This document shows positions 1 through 12,629 of a DNA stretch of 64,000 bases, piece after piece. Within the stretch, counting starts at the first letter, position 1; each line of letters starts with the position of its first letter. Made by a program: the position numbers and the translations under genes. Under the pieces are notes generated by a model. The model saw only the letters and a program-made list of their open reading frames with translations, ran no database searches and had not been told where the DNA came from. The DNA is from Camelus dromedarius (Eukaryota): NCBI RefSeq assembly GCF_036321535.1, contig NC_087437.1, positions 99,264,001 through 99,328,000 of the forward strand. Direction: 5' to 3'.

Positions 1-69
1 AGTAAATCATTTGAGGCTCAAAATGTGAAATGTGGATTCTGTTCCCTGCAACTGAACCGTAACAAATGC

Positions 70-380
70 AATAAGTAAAGAACATTGCTTGTCACATAGT
101 AAGCACTCAAAATGTGTTAGGGGATATTATAAATATACTCATTCATATGGGCTTGAGAGTTACTGGTAAACAAACAGACAAAAAGCATGCTCTCAGATGC
201 AATATACATGTTAATGAAATGAGATGGATAATGATCAATACAGAGGAAAAAGTAAGTACATTTTAGCCCATGTCAGAAGGTGGTAAGAGCTAAGAAAAAA
301 GAATTAGATAGGGTATTTATAGCATTTAATAAGGTCCTCAGGGTATGTGATATTTGAGCAAAGACTTGAAGAAGGTGTCT
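70..380. mobile_element. Degraded MIR 3' end followed by an L2 fragment
   Basis: 'gtcacatagtaagcactcaaaatgtgttag' resembles the MIR 3' end; 'gtgatatttgagcaaagacttgaagaagg' resembles antisense L2. Confidence 0.5.
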
Positions 381-1099
381 ATTTTTTAAAATATTGTTAG
401 GACAAGATTAAATTATTGTATTAACATTGTATTAAATTAATACAAGATTAAAGATGAAACTAACTTCTCTTTGATACTTATAATGAGTCTTTAAATATAA
501 AATTAAAATAACATTAAAGAAAAAAGCCCATCTCACTACCATCTTTGTCAAATCATCATTCACCTTTTCCAGATGGTAACTGACATATAGACTGTAACAC
601 AAGTCCTTCCCCACACTGATCTGCACAGATCATCAAACGGTGGAGTTTTCCTCGCTTGTATCTCATTTAGATCCAGAGCAACTGATGAGTGGGTTGAAAC
701 TGAACAAGGAATTACTTGCAGGCCATTGGGTTAGAGTAATAGAAGGAAAGTTTCAAATTTTGGTGAGTATAACAATAACAAAAGAAGAGAATTTTCCACA
801 GGATAAGGGTTTCACACAATTACCAGTTGCAAGAAACCTCAGAATGCACAAATGTCTTCTGTAACAGCAAGGATCATTCCAATTTGCGAAAATGTCCCAA
901 ATCGAAACAACCATTTCCTTTGTGATTACAAAGGCCTGTGAAATGGAGTTTCTGCCTTCCCTGTTGCGGCCACTCTAGCTTAAGTTTTTACTAGATATTT
1001 TTGCCCCTTTGTCACACATCACATTACTGACCAGTACGGACTTGAAATACACTAAAAACTCATTCATTCATGCCCACTCTGTGTGCTCTTCTGTACTCT

Positions 1100-1410
1100 T
1101 GCAGTTTTCTTTTTCAAATTCTTACAGCTGAATTTTATCATTTTTCCTGTTAAATTTTATCTTGTTAGGCTTGAATCATTGTTCTGACTAGTGAATCTAA
1201 GTATGAGTTGATTCTTTCATCAAATAAACAATTTTTGTCTGTCCCTCTTCACCCTTTTTCAAGCCCTCTTTTATTCCTACTTCATCAGACTAACGAATTC
1301 TTAAATATACCAAAACAGAAGAAGTGTGGCAGTATGCTAGTAGCAAGGTCTCACTGATTGCCCGTTGGTTCCACCCTTGTGGGGATGATCATTGAGCCAT
1401 TTTTACATTT
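1100..1410 (-). mobile_element. Possible L3/CR1 LINE fragment
   Basis: 'cctgttaaattttatcttgttaggcttgaatcattgttc' resembles antisense CR1/L3; highly diverged. Confidence 0.3.
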
Positions 1411-3602
1411 GCTGGCGTGAAAAGCAGTGTGCCCATTGAATTAATGAACTACCATGTGGTTTAATGTGTGAATTATCAATAACTCTCTGGGGTTTTTTGG
1501 TCTTTAGAGGAGAACCATATCATGAAGCTTGAAATGCTACTATTAGGATTAAATAAATTAGTCAAATTCCTGGTATATAGTAAATATTCTGAGTTGAAGT
1601 TCTCATTCATTTCTCTCCTTGCCTCCCTATTTTCTTAATAAGGAGGCCCCTGCCCAGTTTTGTCCACAAGAATATAATGCTTAAATCTCTTCCTGAAATT
1701 TAGATCACAATGACTACAGTATTTTTTATCAAACTGTGAAATTTTGAAGTCAGGATTTTAGTGTGATCATCCTTCTGTGCTTGACATCAAGGGTAACGCA
1801 GATACACAGAGGCAGTGGATGCAGGATGCTCTAGGGATAGACCTTGCCTCTGAGGTCAGACAGAACTGAACTGAAATCCTTTTTTTCAATCCCTCTACAC
1901 AAGTCACTGAACTTCTGTCAGCCTGAATTTCCACACCAATACATAGGGTTAGTAATAGTTTTCCACTCCAAGGACATGAGCAGAATCCCTGGCATATAGT
2001 CAGAATTAAAATTGCCTTCAATGTCTTTATTCCTATGACAGATTGGTGAATCATAATTAAGATGTGAATGAATGAATAACATTCTCTTCTTGAAGAACAT
2101 AAAAACTAAGATGACATAATAACTTTATCCAAAAATTCATGTTTCTTTTATTTCACTGGCTAAAATGTGGTCAAAATTAGGTCAAATTTGGGCCATCGCT
2201 TCCTCCACCTTCTTTAATCATTCTCTTTCTACAGTGTAGTGGCCTATGCTGTCACAGGTCCAGTTTTTTTCATTAAATACTCAGTTCAGGAAAGCAGCAA
2301 AGTTGACTCATCATTTTCTTCCTCTTGACTTGTTTTCTCCTCATTTCACAGCTCAGTGACTTTTAAAACAAAGGCAAGGATAGAACTGTAATTTTTTTAT
2401 TGCATAAAAATCTTTGATATTTAATCTTTGATATTTTTACTACTTATTTATAGTATGAGGGAAAACATTTTAAGTATATGTTTTTCCTTTTAAAATTTTT
2501 ACTTTTAAAACTTCTACTGTATCTCGTCATATACCAGTTGATTATCAACTGAAAAAGAATCATAAGCACCTAATCTCAAAGCTTTCTCTTTATTAATTAT
2601 GATTGTTCTTGAAAAATGAATATATAAACAATTAGTCATACAATTAGAATAAATCCCCCTCTTGCTATAGGCCCTCCTCCTAATAAAATAAATAAAAATT
2701 CATTAGTACCAGAAATATGAAATGGGAACACAACATGTCAATCTAAAATACTTGGCCAGATAATGTCAGGGATACATATTAGTTTTGAAATCAAGTTCCT
2801 ACACACGTAATTAAGAACCCCTTTTGGTGATGCTGTCTTTATGCATGAAAACATTCTATCCTGACTACTTCATTTTTTATTCTAAATTTATAAAATTGAA
2901 CCTCATTTTGTTTGTTTGTTAGTTTATTTTTAAATAGAACTCAAGAAAATAGATTGCCTTGATTCTTACAGGGCTTGAAATAAAGCAGGAATCAAATTGA
3001 AGAGAAGTTATCTGAGATATGTTTATCAGTTTAATCAAAGGGAAACTACACTTGAATTGTTTAACAAAATGATTTGGGAAAGTATAATGTCACAATAAAC
3101 CATAAAGGATGTCTCATTTTAGATATCATCTCTGAACATTTTTTTCCCCAAAAGTCTAGGGAATTAACTCATTCTGCATTTGTGTTTGGATGAGTGAAAA
3201 ATAGAAGCTAAATTTATAAATTATTAAAAAATGGGAGACTCCTTGCTTGACTTACTGGCTGTAAGAACAAGTCCATCAGAAGGAGTTATCCTCCTGAAAA
3301 AACAAGAAAGAGGGGAAAAAAGTGAGGGGCGTATGGTATTCAAGTAAACTCTGAACTTTATTTGATTTGAAAGTCAAAGCAAAACCTTTCCAAAAACTTA
3401 GTAGAAATGTTTATGGCCATTTTTTTTTCAGACTTTTACATTTTCTATCTTAACCAGTAAAGAATTTTATTTTGATCTAAACAAAACTTAAAATATGAAG
3501 TTAATTTAGACAAGAATTTATGGGAGCTTGCCTATTTCAACAACTTTGTATTTTCTTCCTTCATTTTCATTTTAAATTAACTTAAATACATCTAATTTAA
3601 TC

Positions 3603-4160
3603 AATCATTTATTCAACAAATATTTATTAAGTATCCATAATATGCCAGGTACCATTCTAGGTGTCTGGGAATACAAATAAGGAAACTCTGCCCTCATGGA
3701 GCAAGGAAGTAGAACTGTGATCTCCATGTGTACAAGTAAGACATACATTGAATCAGATACGGATAAGTGCTCTGTAGTAAAAGTAGGAAAGAGGAAAAGG
3801 GAGTGGCGGGCCGGGGCTATTTCAAACGGGGTGGTTTGGAAAGAATTGGGTAGAGACTTAACAGAGATAAGAGTCATGGATCTCTCAGGAGGAAGGCTTT
3901 GCAGGCACAGTGAATAGCAAGGACAGGATCTGACACCAAAGGGTACTTGGCAAGTTTAAGTAACAGCAGGAGGCCAGCATGATGACAGGGAAGAGCCACC
4001 AGAAACGGGCTCAAAGCAATAATTAGGGTCCAGTCTCAGAGGATCCTGTAGGCCATTGGCAGTACATTGGCCTTCATTCTGAGGGTTTTGAGGAGTGACA
4101 TGATCTGACTTATATTTTAGAAGAATCATTGGCTGTTGTGCTGAATAGACTATAGTGGCA
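3603..4160 (-). mobile_element. L2 LINE 3' portion (continues at about 5865-6020)
   Basis: Antisense L2 3' end 'tcatttattcaacaaatatttattaagtatccataatatgccaggtaccattctagg' plus 'gagtgacatgatctgacttatattttagaagaatcatt'. Confidence 0.85.
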
Positions 4161-4231
4161 GAGGTTTGATTAAAATTAGAAAGATATATATATTTATATT
4201 TAATATTGAATATAAATTATATTTATATATG

Positions 4232-5383
4232 TAGTTGACCCTAATTATTTGCAGATTTCATATCTGCAAATTTGCCTACTTGCTAAAATTTATTTGTAGC
4301 CCCCAAATCATCTACAGGCATGTTCAGAGTGGGGAAAAATTTGAGATGCACAGAGGTCACATTCCTACCAGAGATCAAACAGAGGAAACCAGTGCTTTCT
4401 CATTTCAGCTTGCATACAGTAAACAAGCGTTCTTTTGGTAGTCTGTTTGGTGTCACATTTTTTTTTTTTTTGCGTTTTTGTGCTTTTTGTTTGCAATTGT
4501 AGTATTTAAAATGACCCAGATGCATAATGCTGAAGTGCTGTCCAGTGTTCCTAAGCACAAGAAGGTATGATATGCCTTATAGAGAAAATATGTGTTAGAT
4601 CAGCTTCATTCAGGTGCGAGTTACAGTGCTGTTGGTCAGAAGTTCAATGTTAATCAGCAGTAATGACAGATACAGAAAAAAGAAGAGGATATTTGCTGAT
4701 CTATATAGGAGACAGCTTCGGAAAGGACTAATGTAATGTCTGTTGTGCATGATGAAGCTATGGAAAAGATGGAAAAGTGACTGAATTTGTGGATTCACAA
4801 GATGATAGCAATAAAAAAGGCATAGTGCACAGAATTGTGAGGCTAAAGGCTACAGAAATTTACAGTCATGTTACCCAGGGTCAGGAAAATGTTAAACCCG
4901 TCTCAGCTAGTGCTGGCTGGTGCACACATTTCAAAAGGCAGTGTGGTGTGAAAAATATTAAACTTGCAAGCAAGGCAAGTTCTGCAGATCAGGAGGTTTA
5001 GGGATTTTTAAAATACCTTGTAAGTATTTCATAGGAAAAAGATTATGTGGAAGAGTAGGGTTTTAGTGCTGATGAGACTGGCTTGTTTTACAATGACCTT
5101 GGCAAACAAACCTGTAATACCATAAACGTACTCCAAAGGTCTTGGCTTTAAAACATTCAAAGACCATGTGATTAATTATTTATAAAAAATATATGTTAAA
5201 TAAGGTGTCTTTATACAGAACCACACACAAAAGTATATATTGATCAGTTGACAAAAATATGACCAGAAGTTTGCAGAAACATAACCTTGTATTTCCCATA
5301 GGACCAAAGGTTTCATTTCTGCTAATTCAGTGTTCAATGGCATCTTTTTAGCACATAACTATCAGAAATATGACAGTCAACTC
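4232..5383 (+). mobile_element. TcMar-Tigger DNA transposon, MER82-like, with internal transposase remnant
   Basis: Termini 'tagttgaccct...' and '...agtcaactc' are degenerate inverted repeats; MER82-type 5' text 'tttgcctacttgctaaaatttatttgtagccccaaatc' and 3' text 'ttaaataaggtgtctttatacagaa...gctaattcagtgttc'. Confidence 0.85.
4511..5115 (+). pseudogene. Disrupted pogo/Tigger transposase (CENP-B-type HTH domains and start of DDE domain)
   Basis: Manual translation across stops and frameshifts gives EVLSSVPKHKK, LDQLHSGASYSAVGQKFNVN, EAMEKMEK*LNLWI, SASAGWCTHFKRQ, SADQE and FSADETGLFY (DETGLFY at 5071-5091). Confidence 0.85.
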
Positions 5384-5396
5384 TGTGTTTGTGTAT

Positions 5397-5408
5397 TGTG
5401 TGTGTGTG

Positions 5409-5440
<32 letters not shown>
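5397..5440. repeat. (GT)n microsatellite with one interruption
   Basis: Read directly. Confidence 0.95.
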
Positions 5441-5441
<1 letters not shown>

Positions 5442-5845
5442 ATTATGGACTGAATTCTGTTCCCTCAAAATCTGTATGTTAAAGCCCTGGCCTCCAGTAA
5501 CTCAGAATGTGACTGTATTTGCAGATAGAACCTTTAAAGAGGTAATTAAGCTAAGGCCATTGGGGTGGGCTCTAATCGGATTTGACTCCTGTCCTACAAA
5601 GAAGAGAAAATTTGGACACACACAGAAGACACCAGAGAGGCATGTGCGAAGAGGAATGACCATGTGTAAAGAGGCAGCAAGATGTTGGCCATCTTCAGCC
5701 AAGGAGAGAGGTCTCCAAAAAACCCAACCCTGCCAGCATCTTGATCGTAGACTTCCAGCCCCAGAACTATGAGGAGATAAATCTCTGTTGTTTATGCCAT
5801 GTAGTCTGTCATATTTTTTAATGACAGTCATGGCAGACTAATACA
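5441..5845 (+). mobile_element. MaLR solo LTR (MLT1A/MLT1B-like)
   Basis: 'tattatggactgaatt...cagaatgtgactgtatttgcagatag...agacttccagccccagaactatgag...gcagactaataca'. Confidence 0.9.
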
Positions 5846-5864
5846 GTATACATTTGGCAAATTA

Positions 5865-6020
5865 TGTTAGTAGCTTAGGACCAGCATATTTCTATGGTAG
5901 AAGCTTGGACTTTGTGAGACATGGTTGAATTTGGGGTGTATTTTGAAGGCAGAGCTGAGACAAATTGCTAGAGAATTGGAAAAGCTTATGAGAAGAAGAC
6001 AGAAATTTTTGCATTCATGG
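5865..6020 (-). mobile_element. L2 continuation after nested insertions
   Basis: 'tggttgaatttggggtgtattttgaaggcagagctgagacaaattgctagagaattgg' is the antisense L2 text expected after the 3603-4160 piece. Confidence 0.7.
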
Positions 6021-8029
6021 GTAAATATTCCCCTATTTTGTTCTCTCTTACTATTCAAATATTGTACCTTTTTTTTTTTTTAAGAAAGAAACAAAATCTG
6101 ATGGTGTGAGGAAAAATAGGCTGTCCTTTACCACTGAAATTTATACCATTGAAATATTTCCAGTGGAATCAACAAAAAATGATGTCATTTAGGAAGTATG
6201 ATAGTTCTATTTGTGATAATGCAGAATGTGAATGTTCAGGATCCAATTTTTAAAAATTTAATCAGGAAGACAGTTTTGAAGAGATAAAAGTATTTAAAGG
6301 GGACATGATTTATTTCTTTATCAATATTGATTTCCATGGTTCTCTGTTAAGAAGAAATCAAAATTAGCTGTCCAAACTAACTAAATTCAGGAATGAATGA
6401 GTACAGACTGATTTTAAAGATTTATTGGTGTATCAACAGTATCCATGACTAAAATTACCTGAAAGCCAGTTGGTTATTGGATATTAAGTCTGTCTTAGGG
6501 AACAGAAGCATTCCAGATAAGTATGTCCAGACTTCCTTTGCATTATGGGTTATGGCTTATTGTTTTTGAGGTCTAAAAAAAAAAATCAATGATAATTACA
6601 TCATTTGGAAAATGCACTTTGAAAAGTAATTTCTGTCCCTTTTAGTTCTGCCATTAAAGTTTGATTACTTGGATTTGCATTTTAAAATAATAAAATATGT
6701 TTTTGTTAGATAGTATCTTATGTTGATTTTTAAGAGAAAGTCATTTCATCAATTTATTCAATTCACATTTTGTTTCTAAATGTAATCTACATGTTTAAAT
6801 TTAACAAGGAACCAAATATAGTCTTAACTTTGCTTTTTGTTCTCTCATTTCCAGTGATCATTATGACTCTTTTTTATATTAAGAGGGTTATGTGGCTACA
6901 ATATGGATGGTTTTCATAATAATTGCCAACATTCTAAAGCTGTATTCTTCTCTTCATATTCATATTTTTTTTGTTTGTTTCATTGTATTTCATTTATTTC
7001 ATAGTGAAGAAAAAAAATCTGTTGGAATTAACTAAATCTCTAAGCTGGGATTATCTTGGGTAATTAAATTCAACAATATTTTTAGCTGCAGAATCTTTGT
7101 TTCCTGACGGATTCTTCTTTCTCAGTTACTTTTAACATGTTATCAATTACCTACTAGAGGTCCACTGCCAAAAGTGAAAGCAAGAAATGTTGAGGAAAGA
7201 AGAGAAGCAGCAGGGAAGTGTAAACCAGTTCCAGTCCCTTTGTGACCTACCATCTAAAAGAAACTGGGTTATCCCTTCATGTCATTATGCAATGAATACT
7301 CTTTAAAAAGAAAAGTGTACCGGCCACTTTGGACTTGGCCTTTCAGCAGCAAGCACTGGGACACAGTCTCTCAGTAAGTTGGAGAATGTTAGAGTGTAGT
7401 CAGCAGCTGAAAGGATGCCTACTTGTCCATTTAAAAGGAGCCTGTAAGAAGTGAGGAAGGCTATCACAATAGAATTACCTCCATTTATAAGCTGTGGGAT
7501 GAGAGAGGGAGAAGCTGGGCAACATTGGCAATTATTTCTGGGCTGGGAGAGTCAAGACTTGAGTTAGCATCAAGACCCTGCTTATTTGTAGGGTCAGAAG
7601 CAGTTCAAAAATATCCATGATTTATCCAGAGAGGGAAGGAACTACTGGGAAACACGTTTCTTCCGGGTCTTAGAGCAAGGATTTTCAGGGGCATGGCACT
7701 GTTTTCCCAACAAATTCCAAGTCCTGAAATATTTACTTGATATTCTATGAAATTGATTAAAATGCTTTATCCATGTTATTTTGAGAAGCAAGAGCTACAT
7801 AATTCCACATAGCTAAATGTTGTTTAGAATTTATTTAAAAATGTATTTTTTAATCTAAATTTAGACATTATCTACTTTTCACTCAGACAGCTGGCTTCAT
7901 TGATTGCTTGTTCTTTTTCTTCTGCCATAGATTATCTCTCATTTCTACTCTAGAAGCAACCTATTCAACCTATTCAACAGTCTAAAATTAGACTCAATAT
8001 CTGTTGAGTTACTATTCATTTCTTTTCTA

Positions 8030-8280
8030 AGGTTTTATAGGTTTGATTTACAACACTTTGCAAATTACTTTCATATAAATTATTTCGTTTGAACCTGACT
8101 GACTGAATCCTGTGCAAAAGATAGGAGATTATTATCTTCAATATATAAAGAGACTGAGGTTCAAAGAGAGTCTGTGAACCCAGAGAGGCCCAACTTGCCT
8201 TTGGGCACTGCTCATGGGAATGGGGTGGGTAGAGTTAGCACTTACTTGGTTCATTTGACTTCCAAATCTTTCTTTCCACT
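8030..8280 (-). mobile_element. MIR SINE
   Basis: 'ataggagattattatcttcaatatataaagagactgaggttcaaagag'. Confidence 0.6.
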
Positions 8281-8604
8281 AACATATTACCTTTGAGGGC
8301 AACTGAAGCTTAAATATTCTGCAATAAGGAATTCTCTCAAGATTATCAGTCTTGAATATGGCCATGAATATTATAATTCTTAATAAATGATACTGTGTAC
8401 ATTGAACTAGGCATATATGAAAGTGCTTTATGAATTATGTCTCTAATAACACTACACAATAATGTTATTTAGCAAACATTAATGCAATTATATAATTTAG
8501 AAGTACTCAGTATATTCAAAATTATTAACTAATTTAAACTTTTGTTAAAATATTAAATTGTGCGTCATTTTAAAAAGGCATATAATTTTATAAGGCTTAT
8601 ACAT

Positions 8605-9122
8605 TAAGTAGGATATTGGTTTCACTGCTTTAATAGAGGCCAAAGGGACAATGGCTTAAACAAGTCAGAAGCTTTATTTATATCTTTCTCATGAGAAAGT
8701 CCAAGATGAGAATCTCTTGTGGTTGCAAGGGAAGGATTTGGAGGGAGGGAAGGGGGCTGAAGGGAGGGGATGGAGAGAGAAACTCTGCCCCTTAAGGTCA
8801 TCTGGAGTCCAAGTTCCTTTCATATTTCTACTTTATCATCTCCTTGAGTGTTTCCTTTGTCTACACAGTCAAAACTGGCTCACCACTACATCTATCCCCT
8901 GGCACAAGGGAAACGAGGAAGAAGATGTTCAAGACAAATAACTTCCTTTTAAGAATGTGCCGTTTTCTGCTCACACGTCACATCATTTCTGCTCACATCC
9001 AAGAGCTGTTTCTTACTTGCATGGCTTCTTCTAATTGTCATGCATTCAGCTGAATCTTTGGGAATTCTGTTACTGAAAGATTAAGATGAGACAATATTGG
9101 TTGACAAACACTATTCTCTCAT
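8605..9122 (-). mobile_element. Old MaLR LTR (MLT1J/K-like)
   Basis: 'acaatggcttaaacaagtcagaagctttattta' and 'catcatttctgctcacatcc...cttgcatggc' are typical antisense MLT1 text. Confidence 0.65.
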
Positions 9123-9989
9123 AGCTTGATCACCATGTACCCATGAACCATGTTTTTGGAACTAAATTTTTGGTACATTTAAACCATGGTTTTCACATCC
9201 TCACATAAAATGTTAAGTCTTTTTTAGTTACTTGATCCAGCTGAAAAGATGTATAATTCTGTCCTTTGGGTCAGATAAAACTAATTGTGATGTGGAAACC
9301 TATAAACTAAGGGAGGAGGAGTTACTAATCTCTCCCCTTTCCTAATTCCACGTACAACCTCTTGTAGAGTGGGTGAGGATACTACAATAAAATATCCTGC
9401 TTCAGAAAAGCCAAGAATATTATACAAACTAAAGTCACTAGTTCATTGGAGTTGTCAGATCTTGTTAAGCAAGAATTGCTGGATCTCCTAAGTTGATGGG
9501 CATTATTCTGCTTTCTGTAACTATTTTTTTTTCCTATTGTTTTCCATGGCTCCTAGATTTTACATCTAGGATGACTTTTGTTTGTTTGTTTGTTTTTCTG
9601 ATATCCCCCATGGCCAACTTTTAGGTGAGTGTTGCAATGTATGACCTTCTTTGAAAAAAATACAGATTTCACAGTCTATTTCCTGCTAGTATAAATTCAG
9701 AGACCTGGAGGTTGCTTTGAAAGTTGAAAAGTCTCAGACTGTGAATCTCTCTGGTGGCTCCTTTGAAAATACAACTTACTTTAAAATGTAATAGTTTCGG
9801 TCGGTTTCATGTGCATGTAAGTACAAGTAGAGATTTCATCTCATCAGAGATATTAAGCCTGAAGTCTCCTATCCATTTACTAGTCTTGTGTAAGCTTCAA
9901 CCCACAGCTGCCATTACAGCTGCCAGAAAAAGCAAGATAAATTACAAAAATTATATTTGTAAACGTGTAATAGAACAATAAGTACAAGA

Positions 9990-11100
9990 TATCAGAGGAG
10001 GTAGAACTACCATTCTGAAATGATCTGAGGATTACCAGCTGTTTTTAACTCCCTAAGGACACTGGCCAATTCTGAAAAAGGGTAGAGAATCAGCTAAGTC
10101 CAAGCAGAGAGCCACTACCAGGGAAAAAGAATTCAACAAAAGTTTTAATTGTCATGGAAAGCTAATGAAAACTTGAGAGAATTCTAACTTATGGCTGAGT
10201 TCTGGAAGTACTCAAGAGTTTGAGGAACTAGGTCAAAAGGCAGAATGAAATTTCCTGCAGGCTTGTGGAGATTACAGAAAAAAAAAAAACAACCCACACC
10301 ACAGATACCAAAGATAGAGTGGTTTACTCAAATACACAGCTAATCTCCCATGAAGAGAAGTGCCAGGATCTGAAGGTTAAGTTGCTAAAGAAGTGACCTT
10401 GGAACCTGTGGAAGCAGAGATTGATCCCCCAAGTCTTTTGGGGATGAAGAAAGAATATTTGCCAAACTTACTATCAAAAACCCAGGGAGGTCATGACTGA
10501 GGAACAGAAGTCAACCAAGAGGTAAACTGAGTCTTACCAAAACTTCAAACCAAACCTAAAATGATTCAATCTCCAATTTGTTGAGATCACCAGTCCCTCA
10601 TTAAATGTGTCTGATGGGAAAAACACTTTCTGATGAAAGATAATATCATTTGGATCCTCTGTGGCTCTTTAATCACAGTTTTCAACATACAATAAAAATT
10701 ACTAGACATGTAATGAAGCAGGAAGATATGACTTATAATCAAGGGAAAAAATAGATAATCTAAATAGATGCACAGATAATCTAGATATTGGCAGTAACTT
10801 TAACTTAACTGTAATTAAAATATTAAAACTAAGGAAAAGTTATAAATAACACGCAAGGCTGTAGAATTTCAATACAGAACTGCTATCTATGAAAAGATTC
10901 AAATGGACATTCTAGAGCTGAAAAATGCAGTTAAAATATCAATATTTGAAATTAAAATATCAGTGAATTTTAACAGCAGATTGGAGAAAATGAGAGACTA
11001 GTAAACTAGAAGACAGGTTAATAGAAAACAAAAGCCTGGAGAGAAAAAAAATGTAAATCAAGTATGTAAGAGTTGTATGCAGCACATTCAAATGATCAAC
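9990..11100 (+). mobile_element. Old L1 5'UTR/ORF1 fragment
   Basis: 'aataaaaattactagacatgtaatgaagcaggaagatatgac' and 'caaatggacattctagagctgaaaaatgcag...aacagcagattggag'. Confidence 0.7.
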
Positions 11101-11471
11101 TTAATGAAAGCTACTCTGAAGCCGTCTAAAACAGCAGAGGGAGAACAGCCTTTTTAACTGATCTTTCCTTCCCAGAGCACATTGGGATGTGATCGAGAGA
11201 GGCCTGAGGGCTCCTTCTGCTTCTGTTTGAGATGCAATAGCTGGTTAGTTTTTATAAACTAAGTAAGGCCCAAATTAAATTTTCAGTCAATATAATTTAA
11301 AGGTAACAATCTGAATCAGACACCTTTTTAGCAAAGCTGTATTCTCTTCAGTCCCTTCTTTCAAATGGAGTAACTCTTGCTAAGTTTTTTTCTCTTAGGC
11401 TTCTTTTAAAATGGCAAGAAACAGCCAACAAGCACCACAATTTTGACTTTTTCTAATGACTTTCTCTAGAG

Positions 11472-11686
11472 CTGCACTGTCCAATGAGGTAGTCACAAAG
11501 CTACATGTGGTTGCTTAACTGTAAATTAGTAAAAATTAAGCAAAATGTAATATTTCAGTACCTCGGTTGCAGCAACCGCATGTGAAATGCTCAGTAGTCA
11601 CTCAAGGCTAGTTGCTATTGCATGAAACAGCACAGAAGTAGAACACTATTTTCTGTATCTGTATGAAAGTTCATTGGACAGCACTA
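11472..11686 (-). mobile_element. MER3 (hAT-Charlie MITE)
   Basis: TIRs 'ctgcactgtccaat' and 'attggacagcacta'; left flank ctctagag is a Charlie-type target site. Confidence 0.85.
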
Positions 11687-11999
11687 CCTAAAGCTGTGGA
11701 CTCAGTAATCATAGTTTGCCTTCTAATTTTTATCAAGAGTCACTAGCATTTCAGCTGGCAATATTTGCTAAGTTAAGAGCTTTAGTTTAGAATAACTGGC
11801 CAAGGATCTATCACTTTTATTGAGTCAGCTGTAAGAGACTATGTACCATTTCTTAAATGTCAGTGTTTAAAGATATGAATCCTTAGATTTTTTTTTTTTT
11901 CCTGGTGGTATAAGCAAGGCTGTAACTTTTTTTCAAAGCCCAGCAAAGAGTGAGTTTGGTCATGATGACGTAAGAGACATGTCTCACCATTCAGCAGGG

Positions 12000-12570
12000 G
12001 AAAATTTTATTTGATCTCTCTGGTTTTAGGTGACACTCAGACCTTTTACTCTGTGAGGCATCTCTGAGTCTGGTGTCCTTGTGATTCAGCCTTGCTGTAG
12101 AGCAATCCTCAATTCTTTGGGGGTAGTTAGGGAAAGCTTGTCACTTGATTGTGTATATACAAGAGGGATATGTAGGAATCTGACTGCTTCTTACACAAAC
12201 TTTCAACCAGTTTAGCTATTTTTGATTTTTGTCTGCAGGGTTTATGGTGTCTCACATTTCTGAGCCTTTTCTTGGTATGTAGTATATACTGATTTTCTGT
12301 GGATTTCTTATGCTTTTAAGATACTTAGTTCTCAGTTTTTCCTATAGGTTGCTTTTCACCATTTGCCCACCTTCTTTCCAGTTTCCTTTTTTTTTTTTTT
12401 TTTTTTTATTGGAACCTTCTTTGTGCTACTTTCTTCTCTCTAGCTTTTTGTCCTCCTGGGCAATCTTTTCTCTTTTTTTAAACCCTTTCATAGACATTGG
12501 AATGGATTTTTTAAAGGAAGACAAGGTAAATAAACATGTTCACTGTTTTAGGCTTAACCAGGAACTCTGC
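12000..12570 (-). mobile_element. HAL1-like L1 5' fragment
   Basis: 'tgactgcttcttacacaaactttcaacc...tttctgagccttt' and '...cttaaccaggaactc'; similar text lies at about 61100-61190. Confidence 0.55.
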
Positions 12571-12629
12571 ATTACCTTATAACTAAGCTGTGAAGAATAA
12601 ACCGATGAAAAATTTGTGTTGGTGGAAAC

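Noticed and set aside
640..864. 74-aa ORF as a gene
   Set aside because: GTG start, no recognisable family; kept only as a weak exon candidate
4777..5001. 74-aa ORF as a domesticated TIGD/CENP-B-like gene
   Set aside because: One stop-free piece of a transposase with many stops and frameshifts inside a TIR-bounded element
5389..5831. 127-aa and 109-aa ORFs
   Set aside because: Translation of the GT repeat and MLT1 LTR
7130..7700. Purine-rich segment as an LTR or exon
   Set aside because: No termini, splice pair or family text I could confirm
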